NCBI GenBank assembly: GCA_051251915.1
Contig: JBPOGF010000005.1
Coordinates: forward strand, 124,918 to 188,917
DNA: 64,000 nucleotides
Source of the DNA: Akkermansiaceae bacterium
Lineage (GTDB): Bacteria > Verrucomicrobiota > Verrucomicrobiia > Verrucomicrobiales > Akkermansiaceae
Direction of reading: 5' to 3'
The notes under the pieces were generated by a model. It was not told the DNA's origin. It saw nothing but the letters and a program-made list of their open reading frames with translations, and searched no databases. Made by a program: the position numbers and the translations under genes. Positions 55,109 to 64,000 of the stretch are shown piece after piece (the stretch's first letter is position 1; the number at the start of each line of letters is the position of its first letter).

Positions 55109-55972
55109 TTAGATGCCGAATCGCTCGTAGCGTTTGATGGTGAGGGTGTCACCTAGGTCCTTGCCTTTTGCTGCGAGAAGTTTCGCGATGCTGAGGTCAG
55201 GGTCTTTAACAAATGCTTGTTCGGTGAGAACTTGCTCGCTGTAGAACTTGTTGATCTTACCGATGAGGATTTTGTCGATGATCGCCTCTGGCTTGCCGTC
55301 AGCAAGAAGTTGCTTACGGTTGATCTCGTTTTCTTCTTCAACGACTGAACCGTCGATGTCATCGCGTGAAAGTCCTGCTGGGCTTGCTGCTGCGATGTGG
55401 AGAGTGATGTCTCTAAGAAGAGTAGCGAAGTCGTCGTTGCTAGCTGTAGCAGCGTTTTCACATGCTACTTCGAGAAGAACACCTACTTTACCACCCATGT
55501 GGATGTATGAAGAAACAGCTCCGTTGTCAGCTACGTCGAAACGAGCAAGACGTGAAATCTTGATTACTTCTCCGAGTTCAGCGAACTTGCCACCGAGAGC
55601 GTTTTCTACTGTTCCGTCACCGAATGGTACTGCTAGAGCTTCTTCAGCTGTAGTTACTCCGCTGTTAGCGATTGCTTCGAGGATCTCTGCAACCCATGCT
55701 TGGAATGCTTCGTTTTTAGCAACGAAATCAGTCTCACAGTTTACAACTGCAAGGATGCCTGATGTTCCGTCTGCAGCTACGTGAGTAGCTACGATTCCTT
55801 CTGATGTCTCGCGGTCTGCACGGTCACTACGCTTAGCTTCTCCCTTTTCACGGAGTAGCTTAGCAGCGGCTTCGAGGTCGCCGTTAGTTTCTGTGAGAGC
55901 CTTCTTGCAAGCCATCATGCCTGCACTTGTTTGTTTACGCAGTTCTGATACTGCTTTTGCTGAAATAGCCAT
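55109..55972 (-). CDS. tsf: Translation elongation factor Ts
   Basis: LRKQTSAGMMACKKAL, NCETDFVAKN and LTEQAFVKD motifs. Confidence 0.97.
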   Translation of the reverse strand: MAISAKAVSELRKQTSAGMMACKKALTETNGDLEAAAKLLREKGEAKRSDRADRETSEGIVATHVAADGTSGILAVVNCETDFVAKNEAFQAWVAEILEAIANSGVTTAEEALAVPFGDGTVENALGGKFAELGEVIKISRLARFDVADNGAVSSYIHMGGKVGVLLEVACENAATASNDDFATLLRDITLHIAAASPAGLSRDDIDGSVVEEENEINRKQLLADGKPEAIIDKILIGKINKFYSEQVLTEQAFVKDPDLSIAKLLAAKGKDLGDTLTIKRYERFGI

Positions 55973-56003
55973 ATCTATAGTATGAATTATTTTGTATGAG
56001 AAA

Positions 56004-56687
56004 TTATCCTTTTGATGCTACTACGATTGAATCGACTAGATTCTGTAGGATGATGCGGATAGAGCGGATAGCGTCGTCATTTCCTGGGATTGGGTAGTCA
56101 ACTTTTGCTGGATCAGCATTTGAGTCAACGATCGCGATCACTGGGATGTTGAGGCGGCGAGCTTCTGCAACTGCGATTGTTTCACGAGCAGAGTCAACGA
56201 TAACGATTGCGTCAGGGAGTTTCTCCATGTCGCGCACACCGTCGAGGTTACGGAAAAGCTTTTCACGCTCACGGCCGAGGGCTGCGAGTTCTTTCTTAGA
56301 CATTGCTTTGAACTCAGCAGACTTCTCGATGTCTTCAAGATACTTGAGACGCTCAACAGAACGACGGATAGTAGAAAGGTTAGTAAGTGTGCCACCGAGC
56401 CAGCGATGATTTACGTAGTATTGACCAGCTGCACCAGCTGCTTCTTTCACTGCTTCTTGTGCTTGGCGCTTACATCCAACGAAGAGGATTTTCTTGCCTT
56501 TGCCAGCGAGGTCAGTGAGGTATGCACTTGCCTTATCGAGGCACTGTACAGTTTTTTCAAGGTCGATGATGTAAATACCGCCTTTGTCCTTCATGAGGTA
56601 AGGCTTCATCTTCGGGTTCCATTTGCGCGTCTGGTGTCCGTAATGAACGCCAGCGTCAACCATCTCTTTAATTAGTTCGTTAATCAT
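56004..56687 (-). CDS. rpsB: 30S ribosomal protein S2
   Basis: [25 protein letters not shown] and [10 protein letters not shown] motifs. Confidence 0.98.
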   Translation of the reverse strand: MINELIKEMVDAGVHYGHQTRKWNPKMKPYLMKDKGGIYIIDLEKTVQCLDKASAYLTDLAGKGKKILFVGCKRQAQEAVKEAAGAAGQYYVNHRWLGGTLTNLSTIRRSVERLKYLEDIEKSAEFKAMSKKELAALGREREKLFRNLDGVRDMEKLPDAIVIVDSARETIAVAEARRLNIPVIAIVDSNADPAKVDYPIPGNDDAIRSIRIILQNLVDSIVVASKG

Positions 56688-56974
56688 TTTGTTTAAATTG
56701 CTTACCTTGATTCAGGAGGAGCTATATTTAGGGTGAAAAGCCCGTCGCATTTAGGGTCCTCGCTTGCCAGTACTTTTCGTTTTTGTGCGGCGGCTAAAAA
56801 CAAGCGCGCGCGGACTTAACCTGCTGAGTATAATTTAGCAAGGAAATAGAGACATTGTTTTTGAAAAAACATGTGGTGGTTTAGGTTGGTTTATTAATTA
56901 GCTTAAATAACGTAGATTGAGTCATCGATTTTGGCAGGCTTGACCTCGGTGGTAGTCAGTATTATGAGTAGCGC

Positions 56975-57559
56975 ATGAATATTACTGAAGCAGCAGCATT
57001 GATGGCGCATCGTAGGAGTGTGAAGCCCGCGAATATGGACGGTGAAAAGGAGATCTCTGATGGGATGTGGCAGACGCTTATAGAGTGTGCGAACTGGGCT
57101 CCAAGTCATGGCCATACTGAGCCGTGGAGATTTACTATTTTCCGTGGTGGTAGCAGGAAACTGGTGGCAGAGGCTTTGCAGGCGGCGTATAAGGCGGAGA
57201 CTCCTGAAGCTGAATTTAAGCAACAAAAGCATGATAATATGGGGGTGTATCCGCTTCAGGTTCATGCTGTTATCGCAATTGTGATGAATCGTGGTGATCT
57301 TCCGAAGGTTCCTGTGATAGAGGAAGTGGAGGCGGTGGCTTGTGCGGTGCAGAATATGCATTTAGCGGCTTCTGCAGCTGGTCTTGGTATGTATTGGTCA
57401 TCACCTGCGGCTACTTATGGTGCTAGTTTTACTGAGTTTTTGAAGTTAGGGGATGAGGATAAATGCTTAGGGTTGCTTTATGTGGGGTGGCCGAAAGAAG
57501 GTCAAGAATGGCCTAAGAGTACGAGAAAGCCTGCGATGGATAAAGTTGTTTGGAAGTAG
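56975..57559 (+). CDS. Nitroreductase family protein (YdjA-like)
   Basis: RRSVK, WAPSHGHTEPWRF and ACAVQNMHLAA motifs. Confidence 0.9.
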   Translation: MNITEAAALMAHRRSVKPANMDGEKEISDGMWQTLIECANWAPSHGHTEPWRFTIFRGGSRKLVAEALQAAYKAETPEAEFKQQKHDNMGVYPLQVHAVIAIVMNRGDLPKVPVIEEVEAVACAVQNMHLAASAAGLGMYWSSPAATYGASFTEFLKLGDEDKCLGLLYVGWPKEGQEWPKSTRKPAMDKVVWK

Positions 57560-57568
57560 TCATTTGAG

Positions 57569-59122
57569 ATGTCTTCCAAGCTACCAGAGCTCCGCGCTAG
57601 GATGCATACCGTGCCGCTGAAGCCGGGTGTGTATATTATGCGCGATCGGCTGGGGCATGTGATCTATGTGGGAAAGGCTAAGGTGCTACGGAAGCGGCTG
57701 GGGTCGTATTTTCTGCCGTCGCGGAAGAAGCGTGCTGATATAAAGACGCGTGCTTTGTTGGATTCTGTCTGGGACTTTGAGACTCACACGGTGCGGAATG
57801 AGGAGGAGGCTCTGATTCTAGAAGAGAAGTTGATTAAGCAGTATCGTCCGCGATATAATATAGCGCTTAAGGATGATAAGCGATATTTCTTGGTGAAGAT
57901 TGATTTGGAGGCGGAGTTCCCTATTTTTAAACTGTGTAGGATCCGAAGGAATGATGGGTATAAGTACTTTGGTCCGTTTGTGCATGGTGGTGCGTTGATT
58001 GCGACTTTGGACTGGATCAATAAGGAGTTTGGGATTTGGACGCAGGCGCCTAAGGGGGAGGATGATCCTGCTTACAAGCAAGTGGGCGAGGTGTTGAATA
58101 GGCGTTATGGGGAGCAGTATGTGGGTGAGATTTCAAATCAAGAATACCGTGAGCGGGTGGCAGATGCTTGTGCGTTGCTGTCTGGAAAAGGTCGGCGCGA
58201 TAAGGTGAATCGGCTCAAGCATGAGATGGATGTAGCTTCGTCGCAGCTTGATTTTGAGAAGGCGGCGGAGTTGCGTGATGTGATCGATAATTTAGAGAAG
58301 ACTACGATCAAGGCGCGTCAGTTTGCGCATGCTAAGTCTATTCCGACTACGGTGTTGCCGGCAGAGGATCTAGCGGAACTTGGTGATTATCTTCGGCTAC
58401 CGAGGGCGCCGGGGATCATGGAGTGTTTTGATATTTCGAATGTGTCGTCGACTCATAGTGTGGCATCGATGGTGAGGTTTTTGAATGGGGCTCCGGATAA
58501 TTCTAACTACCGGAGATACAGGATAAAGACGGTGGAGGGGCAGGATGATTTTGCGTCGATGGCTGAGGTTGTGAGGCGAAGGTATTATCGAATAGCGGCG
58601 GAGAGCATGAAGGAGAATCCTGAGTTGGAGCATACGCAGGAGGATTTAACTGAGGTTTTGTATCGGCTGCGGGCTGAGGGTAGGAGTCCTATTGCGTTGC
58701 CAGATTTAGTAATTGTTGATGGTGGCAAGGGGCAGCTTTCGGCTGCACACGCTGAGCTTACTAAGCTTGGGCTGCATGATCTTCCGATCATTGGTTTGGC
58801 CAAGCAGCGTGAGGAGATTTTCTTTCCTGGAAATAGTAAGCCGTTAAGGATCGATCATAATCAGGGGGCGCTTAAGCTGATGCAGAGAATCCGAGATGAG
58901 GCTCACCGGTATGCTAATCTATACAATGAGCTTCTGCTGAAGAAGCGGATGAGGGAGAGCTTGTTAGATGATTGCCCTGGAATGACCGAGTCTCGTAAGA
59001 ACGCGCTGCTGAAGAAATTTGGATCAATTGCTAAGATTAAAAAGGCGACTCAGGCTCAAATAGAATCTACTCCAGGGATTGGACCGCTGACGGCGGAGAA
59101 GATTATCCATTATTTTCATTAG
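57569..59122 (+). CDS. uvrC: Excinuclease ABC subunit C
   Basis: GVY..IYVGKAK GIY-YIG, UVR (FEKAAELRD), ECFDISN, DGGKGQL, RDEAHR and HhH motifs. Confidence 0.93.
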   Translation: MSSKLPELRARMHTVPLKPGVYIMRDRLGHVIYVGKAKVLRKRLGSYFLPSRKKRADIKTRALLDSVWDFETHTVRNEEEALILEEKLIKQYRPRYNIALKDDKRYFLVKIDLEAEFPIFKLCRIRRNDGYKYFGPFVHGGALIATLDWINKEFGIWTQAPKGEDDPAYKQVGEVLNRRYGEQYVGEISNQEYRERVADACALLSGKGRRDKVNRLKHEMDVASSQLDFEKAAELRDVIDNLEKTTIKARQFAHAKSIPTTVLPAEDLAELGDYLRLPRAPGIMECFDISNVSSTHSVASMVRFLNGAPDNSNYRRYRIKTVEGQDDFASMAEVVRRRYYRIAAESMKENPELEHTQEDLTEVLYRLRAEGRSPIALPDLVIVDGGKGQLSAAHAELTKLGLHDLPIIGLAKQREEIFFPGNSKPLRIDHNQGALKLMQRIRDEAHRYANLYNELLLKKRMRESLLDDCPGMTESRKNALLKKFGSIAKIKKATQAQIESTPGIGPLTAEKIIHYFH

Positions 59123-59214
59123 AGGGGGAGGTTTTCTGGTGGTGGAAGTCTCTTGACTTTTGTGTTGATGTCGGCAATCAAGTGCCAGCAAAATTTAACT
59201 ACTTACCACTAATA

Positions 59215-61620
59215 ATGAACGTCTCACTTAACTGGCTGAACGACCACCTTGATCTCAGCAATCACTCTATCCAAGAACTTGATGATCTGCTCACCTTTGC
59301 AGGTGTGGAGGTAGAGGGTATTCAGCAGCAGGGGCTTAGCACTGAGCTTGTGGTGGTGGCGCAGATCAAGGAGGCGGTGCAGCATCCTGATGCGGATCGT
59401 TTGAAAGTCTGCCAGGTGGATGCTGGTGAAGGTTCACTACGTCAGATCGTTTGTGGTGCTCAAAATTATGAAGTGGGTGATAAAGTTCCTTGCGCGCTTC
59501 CTGGTGCAGACCTCGGTGGAGGATTCGTGATTAAAGATGGTAAGCTTCGTGGTGTTGAATCCAAGGGGATGCTTTGTGGGGGTAGCGAGATCGGAATTCC
59601 TGATGATGTGGATGGTCTTCTTATTCTTCCAGCGGATTCAGAAATCGGTAAGCCTTTGGTTAAGATGTATGAGTCAGACACAATTATCGAGGTGGAGGTC
59701 ACTCCGAATAGACCTGACTTACTTAGTCATACTGGGATGGCCCGCGAGCTTTCTGCCCTAACGGGAATTGAGAGAAATCTCCACACTTATCCGATCTGTG
59801 ATACTAAGGAATTTCTGAGTTTTATTTCCCTTTCTGCTCCTGAGCGATGCCCGTTCTACACAGCGCTGAAAATTTCAAATGTTAAAGTGACTGACAGCCC
59901 GGCGTGGCTTAAGACTAAGCTTGAAGCGATCGGTCTGCGTCCGATTAATAACATTGTTGATATTACTAATTATGTTCTGCATGAGCTGGGTCATCCGTTG
60001 CATGCCTTTGATGCTGCTAAAGTGGATCAGAAGCTGGATATCCGCCTTGCTGAGGAAGGTGAGAAGTTCACTGCTTTGACTGGTGAAGAACACACTCTAA
60101 CAACTGAAGATCTGCTGATCTCAGACGCATCTGGTAGTGCCTTGGCTCTGGCTGGCATTATGGGTGGTGCGGATAGTGGGGTGACTGAGGCTACTACTGA
60201 CATCATCTTGGAGTCAGCGTATTTCACACCGTCATTTATCCGCCGCACATCACGCCGCACCGCGCTTACTTCAGATTCTTCATATCGATTCGAGCGTGGG
60301 ACTGACTCTCAGAATGTTCTTACGGCATCCGCGTATGCAGCTAAGCTGATCACTGAAATTGCTGGTGGTGAGATATCTAGTCATACTCTAACAGCTGGCG
60401 AAGCTCCGAATCTTGTTGAGCCGGTTCAGCTTGATACAGTTAAGCTGGACCAGCTTATGGGTGGTAGTATTTCACTGGATGCAGCTAAATCTATTCTCAC
60501 TAAGTTGGGGCTCACTGAGGAGCCTAACAATATGTGGAAAATCCCGCATTACCGTTTAGACCTCAGCCGTCATATTGACCTGGTTGAAGAGATTGCACGT
60601 GTGCATGGATTGGAAAATGTCACTTCTCGATTCGGCGGTGCTTATGTCGCGGAGAGCGATGTGGATAAGGCTTATGATTACCAGTTGTCTGTGAAAAAGC
60701 AGCTAGCTTCAGTAGGACTTTACGAGACCCAGACTATGAAGTTGGTTGCACATGATGCGACTGATAACATGATTGCGAAAATTTCTGATGCGCTTCCACT
60801 CAGACCACTCATTGAAGGAGATCTTATCAAGGTGAAGCTTCCGCTTAGTGAAGATCATGCCATTATGCGTCCAAGTCTGGTGCCGGGACTTATTGCTACT
60901 GCGGCTAGAAATATCCGCCAAGGAGCAAAGTCACTGCGCTTCTTCGAAATTGGTAAACAGTTCCGGAACGCGGGTGGTGGTAAGGCAAAGGATCTGGAGG
61001 CGGAGTCACTAGCTATCCTCATTTCTGGTGACACTGCGCCATCAAACTGGGCTAACAAACAGCCTAAGATTTCTGATCTCTTCGATCTTAAAGCGATTAT
61101 TTCTGCGTTGCTTCCGGGGGTGACCATTCAGCTGAAGGCACGCGAGCGAGAGGGGTTCATCCTTTCAGCAGATGTCCTTGCTGATGATAAGCCATGCGGA
61201 GTATTCGCACAGGTTAGTCCTGCTCGTTGCCGTGAGCTTGATTCAAATTCTCCTATTTATGTTGCTGAGTTAGACATTAAGAAGTTCCAGCAACTCAGCA
61301 CTGGTGTGAGAAAAGTGAGCGAGTTGCCACAGTTCCCAGGATCAAGTAGGGATGCGGCGATGGAGGCTCCTATCACTCTCACAAATGCTCAAGTTGAGCA
61401 AGCGATCAAGAAGCATAATGAGTCACTGCTCGTGAGCTATCATTGTTTCGATGTCTTCATGGATCCGACTGGTGAGAAGCTATCGGTTGATAAGAAATCT
61501 ATTGCTTATAGTTTTCAATATCGCTCTCCGCAGAAGACATTGAAGTCCAAAGAGGTGGATGTAGCCCACCAGAATCTCCTGGATCATCTCCAGAAGGCTC
61601 TGCAGGTGAGTTATAGATAA
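59215..61620 (+). CDS. pheT: Phenylalanine-tRNA ligase beta subunit
   Basis: HPDADRL, VTPNRPDLLS, DSSYRFERG and DLVEEIARVHG motifs; FDX-ACB C-terminus. Confidence 0.97.
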   Translation: MNVSLNWLNDHLDLSNHSIQELDDLLTFAGVEVEGIQQQGLSTELVVVAQIKEAVQHPDADRLKVCQVDAGEGSLRQIVCGAQNYEVGDKVPCALPGADLGGGFVIKDGKLRGVESKGMLCGGSEIGIPDDVDGLLILPADSEIGKPLVKMYESDTIIEVEVTPNRPDLLSHTGMARELSALTGIERNLHTYPICDTKEFLSFISLSAPERCPFYTALKISNVKVTDSPAWLKTKLEAIGLRPINNIVDITNYVLHELGHPLHAFDAAKVDQKLDIRLAEEGEKFTALTGEEHTLTTEDLLISDASGSALALAGIMGGADSGVTEATTDIILESAYFTPSFIRRTSRRTALTSDSSYRFERGTDSQNVLTASAYAAKLITEIAGGEISSHTLTAGEAPNLVEPVQLDTVKLDQLMGGSISLDAAKSILTKLGLTEEPNNMWKIPHYRLDLSRHIDLVEEIARVHGLENVTSRFGGAYVAESDVDKAYDYQLSVKKQLASVGLYETQTMKLVAHDATDNMIAKISDALPLRPLIEGDLIKVKLPLSEDHAIMRPSLVPGLIATAARNIRQGAKSLRFFEIGKQFRNAGGGKAKDLEAESLAILISGDTAPSNWANKQPKISDLFDLKAIISALLPGVTIQLKAREREGFILSADVLADDKPCGVFAQVSPARCRELDSNSPIYVAELDIKKFQQLSTGVRKVSELPQFPGSSRDAAMEAPITLTNAQVEQAIKKHNESLLVSYHCFDVFMDPTGEKLSVDKKSIAYSFQYRSPQKTLKSKEVDVAHQNLLDHLQKALQVSYR

Positions 61621-61662
61621 TTTCTACAAGAACTTAGTGAGCTAGAGGTAAGTTTTTGGTGA

Positions 61663-61694
61663 CAAGTGATAGGGCAAAAGTTCTCTATCACTTG
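61663..61694 (+). terminator. Inverted repeat after pheT (possible terminator)
   Basis: CAAGTGATAG...CTATCACTTG; no clear U-tract. Confidence 0.45.
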
Positions 61695-61979
61695 GCTAGG
61701 TGGAGTTTGTCTCAGCTGAGTTACCGGTAATGGTATACCAATTTCCTGGATTCCCGTCTTTACGAGTAGGCAATGTGATTCCTGCCGTAGGTGACGATAC
61801 TCCTGATCATAAAGGTGGTCATAAAGGGGGAGACTGTTTTACATAAAAGCACCACAGTTTCCTCTCGTGGATGGTCTCAGACTTCAAGGTCGTTTTATCG
61901 ATCTACGAAAAGCCTCCAAGTCTACGCGACGGGTAAATTTATCTTGTAAGCCGAAAAGCCACCAGATAAATTCGAAGAC

Positions 61980-63872
61980 ATGGCTAAAAACTATTACTTG
62001 CACCGTTTGATCAGCATTATCTTTCTTTCCTCTGCCTGCATTGCCTCCGCGAGCGAGAGACCTTCTCAACCAAACATCGTCGTTCTACTTACTGATGACC
62101 TTGGGTGGCAAGATGTTGTTTGTTACGATATTGACGAGCCGAATGCCAATCCTTATCGCACTCCGGTCATTGATGGACTCGCGAAGAAAGGGATCAAATT
62201 TTGGCGAGCCTATTCTCCAGCTCCCACGTGTGCTCCTTCTCGCTGTGCGATCGTGAGTGGCGTTCATCCTGCGCGTGCGCAAAAAACTCACATCAAAGGA
62301 GGCACTCCTCCTCGTATTAATTCCAAGGATGGGAATAATCGTATGCTCTCGCCATGGTTCAGTGCACGCACTCCTGTCGGAGACTACACCATGGCCTCGG
62401 CGATGAAGGACAACGGCTACCGCACCGGTCACGTTGGCAAGTGGCACATCTCCTACTCCGCTCCGAAGGCGGTAGATTTGGGTTTTGATGTCAGTTATGG
62501 GAGTCGGGTCTCGAAGGCTCTGATGAAGAATCGTCTGAAGGACTTCGCCACCACTGCCGAAGATGATCCCTACCGTTTAGATGAAAATGGCTTTCCCTTT
62601 AATAAGACCACCGACAATGCCATCAATTTCTTGAAAGAGAGTAAGGCGAAACCTTTCTTCCTCTACTATGCGACCTGGCTAGTGCACGCACCGATCCAAA
62701 CCAGATCTGAAGCACTCCTAAAGAAATACGCAGAAGAAATGGGCATCGACTACACAGATAAAAAGAACTTCGACGGAACATCCACAGGACAAGTGAATCC
62801 CTTCTACGCTGCGATGGTCGAGGAGCTGGACTATAATATTGGGCTTTTCCTCAACTACCTAGAAACCACGGAAGACCCACGATGGCCAGGGCACATGCTC
62901 ATTGAAAACACCTACATTATCTTTACCTCTGATAATGGAGGCACCGAAGGAAAAGTCTATGAGCGCTACACGGACAATAATCCTCTAGACCTTGGCAAGA
63001 CCTCCATCAAAGAAGGCGGAATCCGCGTGCCCTTCATCGTGACTGGACCGAATATCGCTGCGGGAGTAGAGTCTGACGTGCTGATCAACGGCTTAGACAT
63101 TTATCCCACCGTGGTAGAGATGGCCGGGGCTAAACTTCCTGAGAAGACTTTGGATGGACTCAGCATTTTCCCTCTACTCACCCAAGACCCGAAGAACCCA
63201 GCACTGGTAAAAGACGCTCAAGGCAAGGTGCGCGATGAGATGATGTGGCACTTTCCACACACCGCACTCGAAAGTGCGCTGATCAGAGGAGATTACAAAC
63301 TCATCAAGAACTACGACCACGTCAATAACCCGAAAAAGGCTCCCTTCGAACTCTACCAGCTCTACACCGAAGAGTCAGGGAAAAGAAAGCGACTCGATAT
63401 AGAAGAGGCGAAAAATATCGCTGCTAGCATGCCAGAATTGGTCAAATCGATGGATCAAGAGCTGATGGCACAACTCACCGAGATGAAAGCCAGCTATCCT
63501 TACTACTCGCCTCACTACGAAGGAGATCTCCCCAACAAAGAAAAAGTTCCTACCGAGGTAGCCCACCGGATCAAAGACAATTTGCTCAAGGTCACTTACA
63601 AAGAAAACGGAGCCAAAGTCGTGAGAGCTGATCTCATCTATACCACCCAAAAAACTGACAAGGGATACCAAGAATGGTTCCCTGCACCGATGGATTTAAA
63701 AAACCAGAAGGCTACCATAGAACTCCCCGCAGACACGCAATACTTCTACGTCAACCTGATCGATGAGAACCAATTCCTCACCTGCTACCCATCTTTAAAA
63801 GGATCCTCAAAAGTGAAGAAGTTTTCCTTCATGGATCGCGCCTTAACTCCTCAAAGCAAGCCTAAGAATTAA
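61980..63872 (+). CDS. Formylglycine-dependent sulfatase (S1), secreted
   Basis: PNIVVLLTDDLGW, CAPSR, GKWH, TSDNGG and EGGIRVP motifs. Confidence 0.95.
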   Translation: MAKNYYLHRLISIIFLSSACIASASERPSQPNIVVLLTDDLGWQDVVCYDIDEPNANPYRTPVIDGLAKKGIKFWRAYSPAPTCAPSRCAIVSGVHPARAQKTHIKGGTPPRINSKDGNNRMLSPWFSARTPVGDYTMASAMKDNGYRTGHVGKWHISYSAPKAVDLGFDVSYGSRVSKALMKNRLKDFATTAEDDPYRLDENGFPFNKTTDNAINFLKESKAKPFFLYYATWLVHAPIQTRSEALLKKYAEEMGIDYTDKKNFDGTSTGQVNPFYAAMVEELDYNIGLFLNYLETTEDPRWPGHMLIENTYIIFTSDNGGTEGKVYERYTDNNPLDLGKTSIKEGGIRVPFIVTGPNIAAGVESDVLINGLDIYPTVVEMAGAKLPEKTLDGLSIFPLLTQDPKNPALVKDAQGKVRDEMMWHFPHTALESALIRGDYKLIKNYDHVNNPKKAPFELYQLYTEESGKRKRLDIEEAKNIAASMPELVKSMDQELMAQLTEMKASYPYYSPHYEGDLPNKEKVPTEVAHRIKDNLLKVTYKENGAKVVRADLIYTTQKTDKGYQEWFPAPMDLKNQKATIELPADTQYFYVNLIDENQFLTCYPSLKGSSKVKKFSFMDRALTPQSKPKN

Positions 63873-63945
63873 CGAGCATTGCTGACCCTATATTGCAATG
63901 GGGTCATGCCGAAACTAGTTAATTCACAAATCACGGACTGCCCCG

Positions 63946-64000
63946 AATGGCGCTAAGTTAAGGTTTGTTTGCTCTGTATTTACTGCGATGTGGAGTCTCC
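63946..64000 (-). mobile_element. Right end of an IS4-family insertion sequence (partial)
   Basis: AATGGCGCTAAGTTAAG (63946-63962) resembles IS4-type terminal repeats; minus-strand frame ETPHRSKYRANKP* enters from the window edge and stops inside it. Confidence 0.55.

Noticed and set aside
56688..56830. S2 autoregulatory leader upstream of rpsB
   Set aside because: A GCTTG/CAAGC stem is visible and the position fits, but I cannot match a defined consensus by eye.
61700..61900. Possible riboswitch or gene remnant between pheT and the sulfatase
   Set aside because: There are some imperfect hairpins (GAGACTGT...ACAGTTTC) but no recognisable aptamer or credible ORF.

Overview
This is a 64 kb, gene-dense bacterial chromosome segment. 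A PEP-CTERM protein, a DUF1501/PPC pair, a sulfatase, a PL6 lyase and the gene content point to a marine Verrucomicrobiota (PVC) organism; this is inference. Housekeeping genes include dinB, menA, uppP, glmM-(glmU-like)-glmS, glnB, rpsB-tsf, uvrC and pheT. The window also carries a speA-CASDH-nspC-speB polyamine operon, an apparently complete non-phosphorylative L-fucose catabolic cluster, thiol-redox genes and several secreted proteins. Five signals are missed by the ORF track. (1) ORFs 54446-54643 and 54653-55039 are one in-frame gene split by TGA, encoding an iodothyronine-deiodinase-like selenoprotein (FGSHT-U-GPF) with a SECIS-like hairpin. (2) A bipartite motif is duplicated directly before two polyamine genes; two of its three differences are both compensatory and synonymous in an MRQSRT peptide. 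(3) A DUF2946/CruR-like CxxC...PPPR upstream ORF and a structured leader precede a His-rich outer-membrane protein. (4) There is an unlisted 50-aa lipoprotein. (5) There are RAYT/REP-like and IS4-like remnants and kilobase-scale G+T/A+C strand-skew domains. No rRNA, tRNA or CRISPR array was seen. All family calls come from motif recognition by eye, not database searches.
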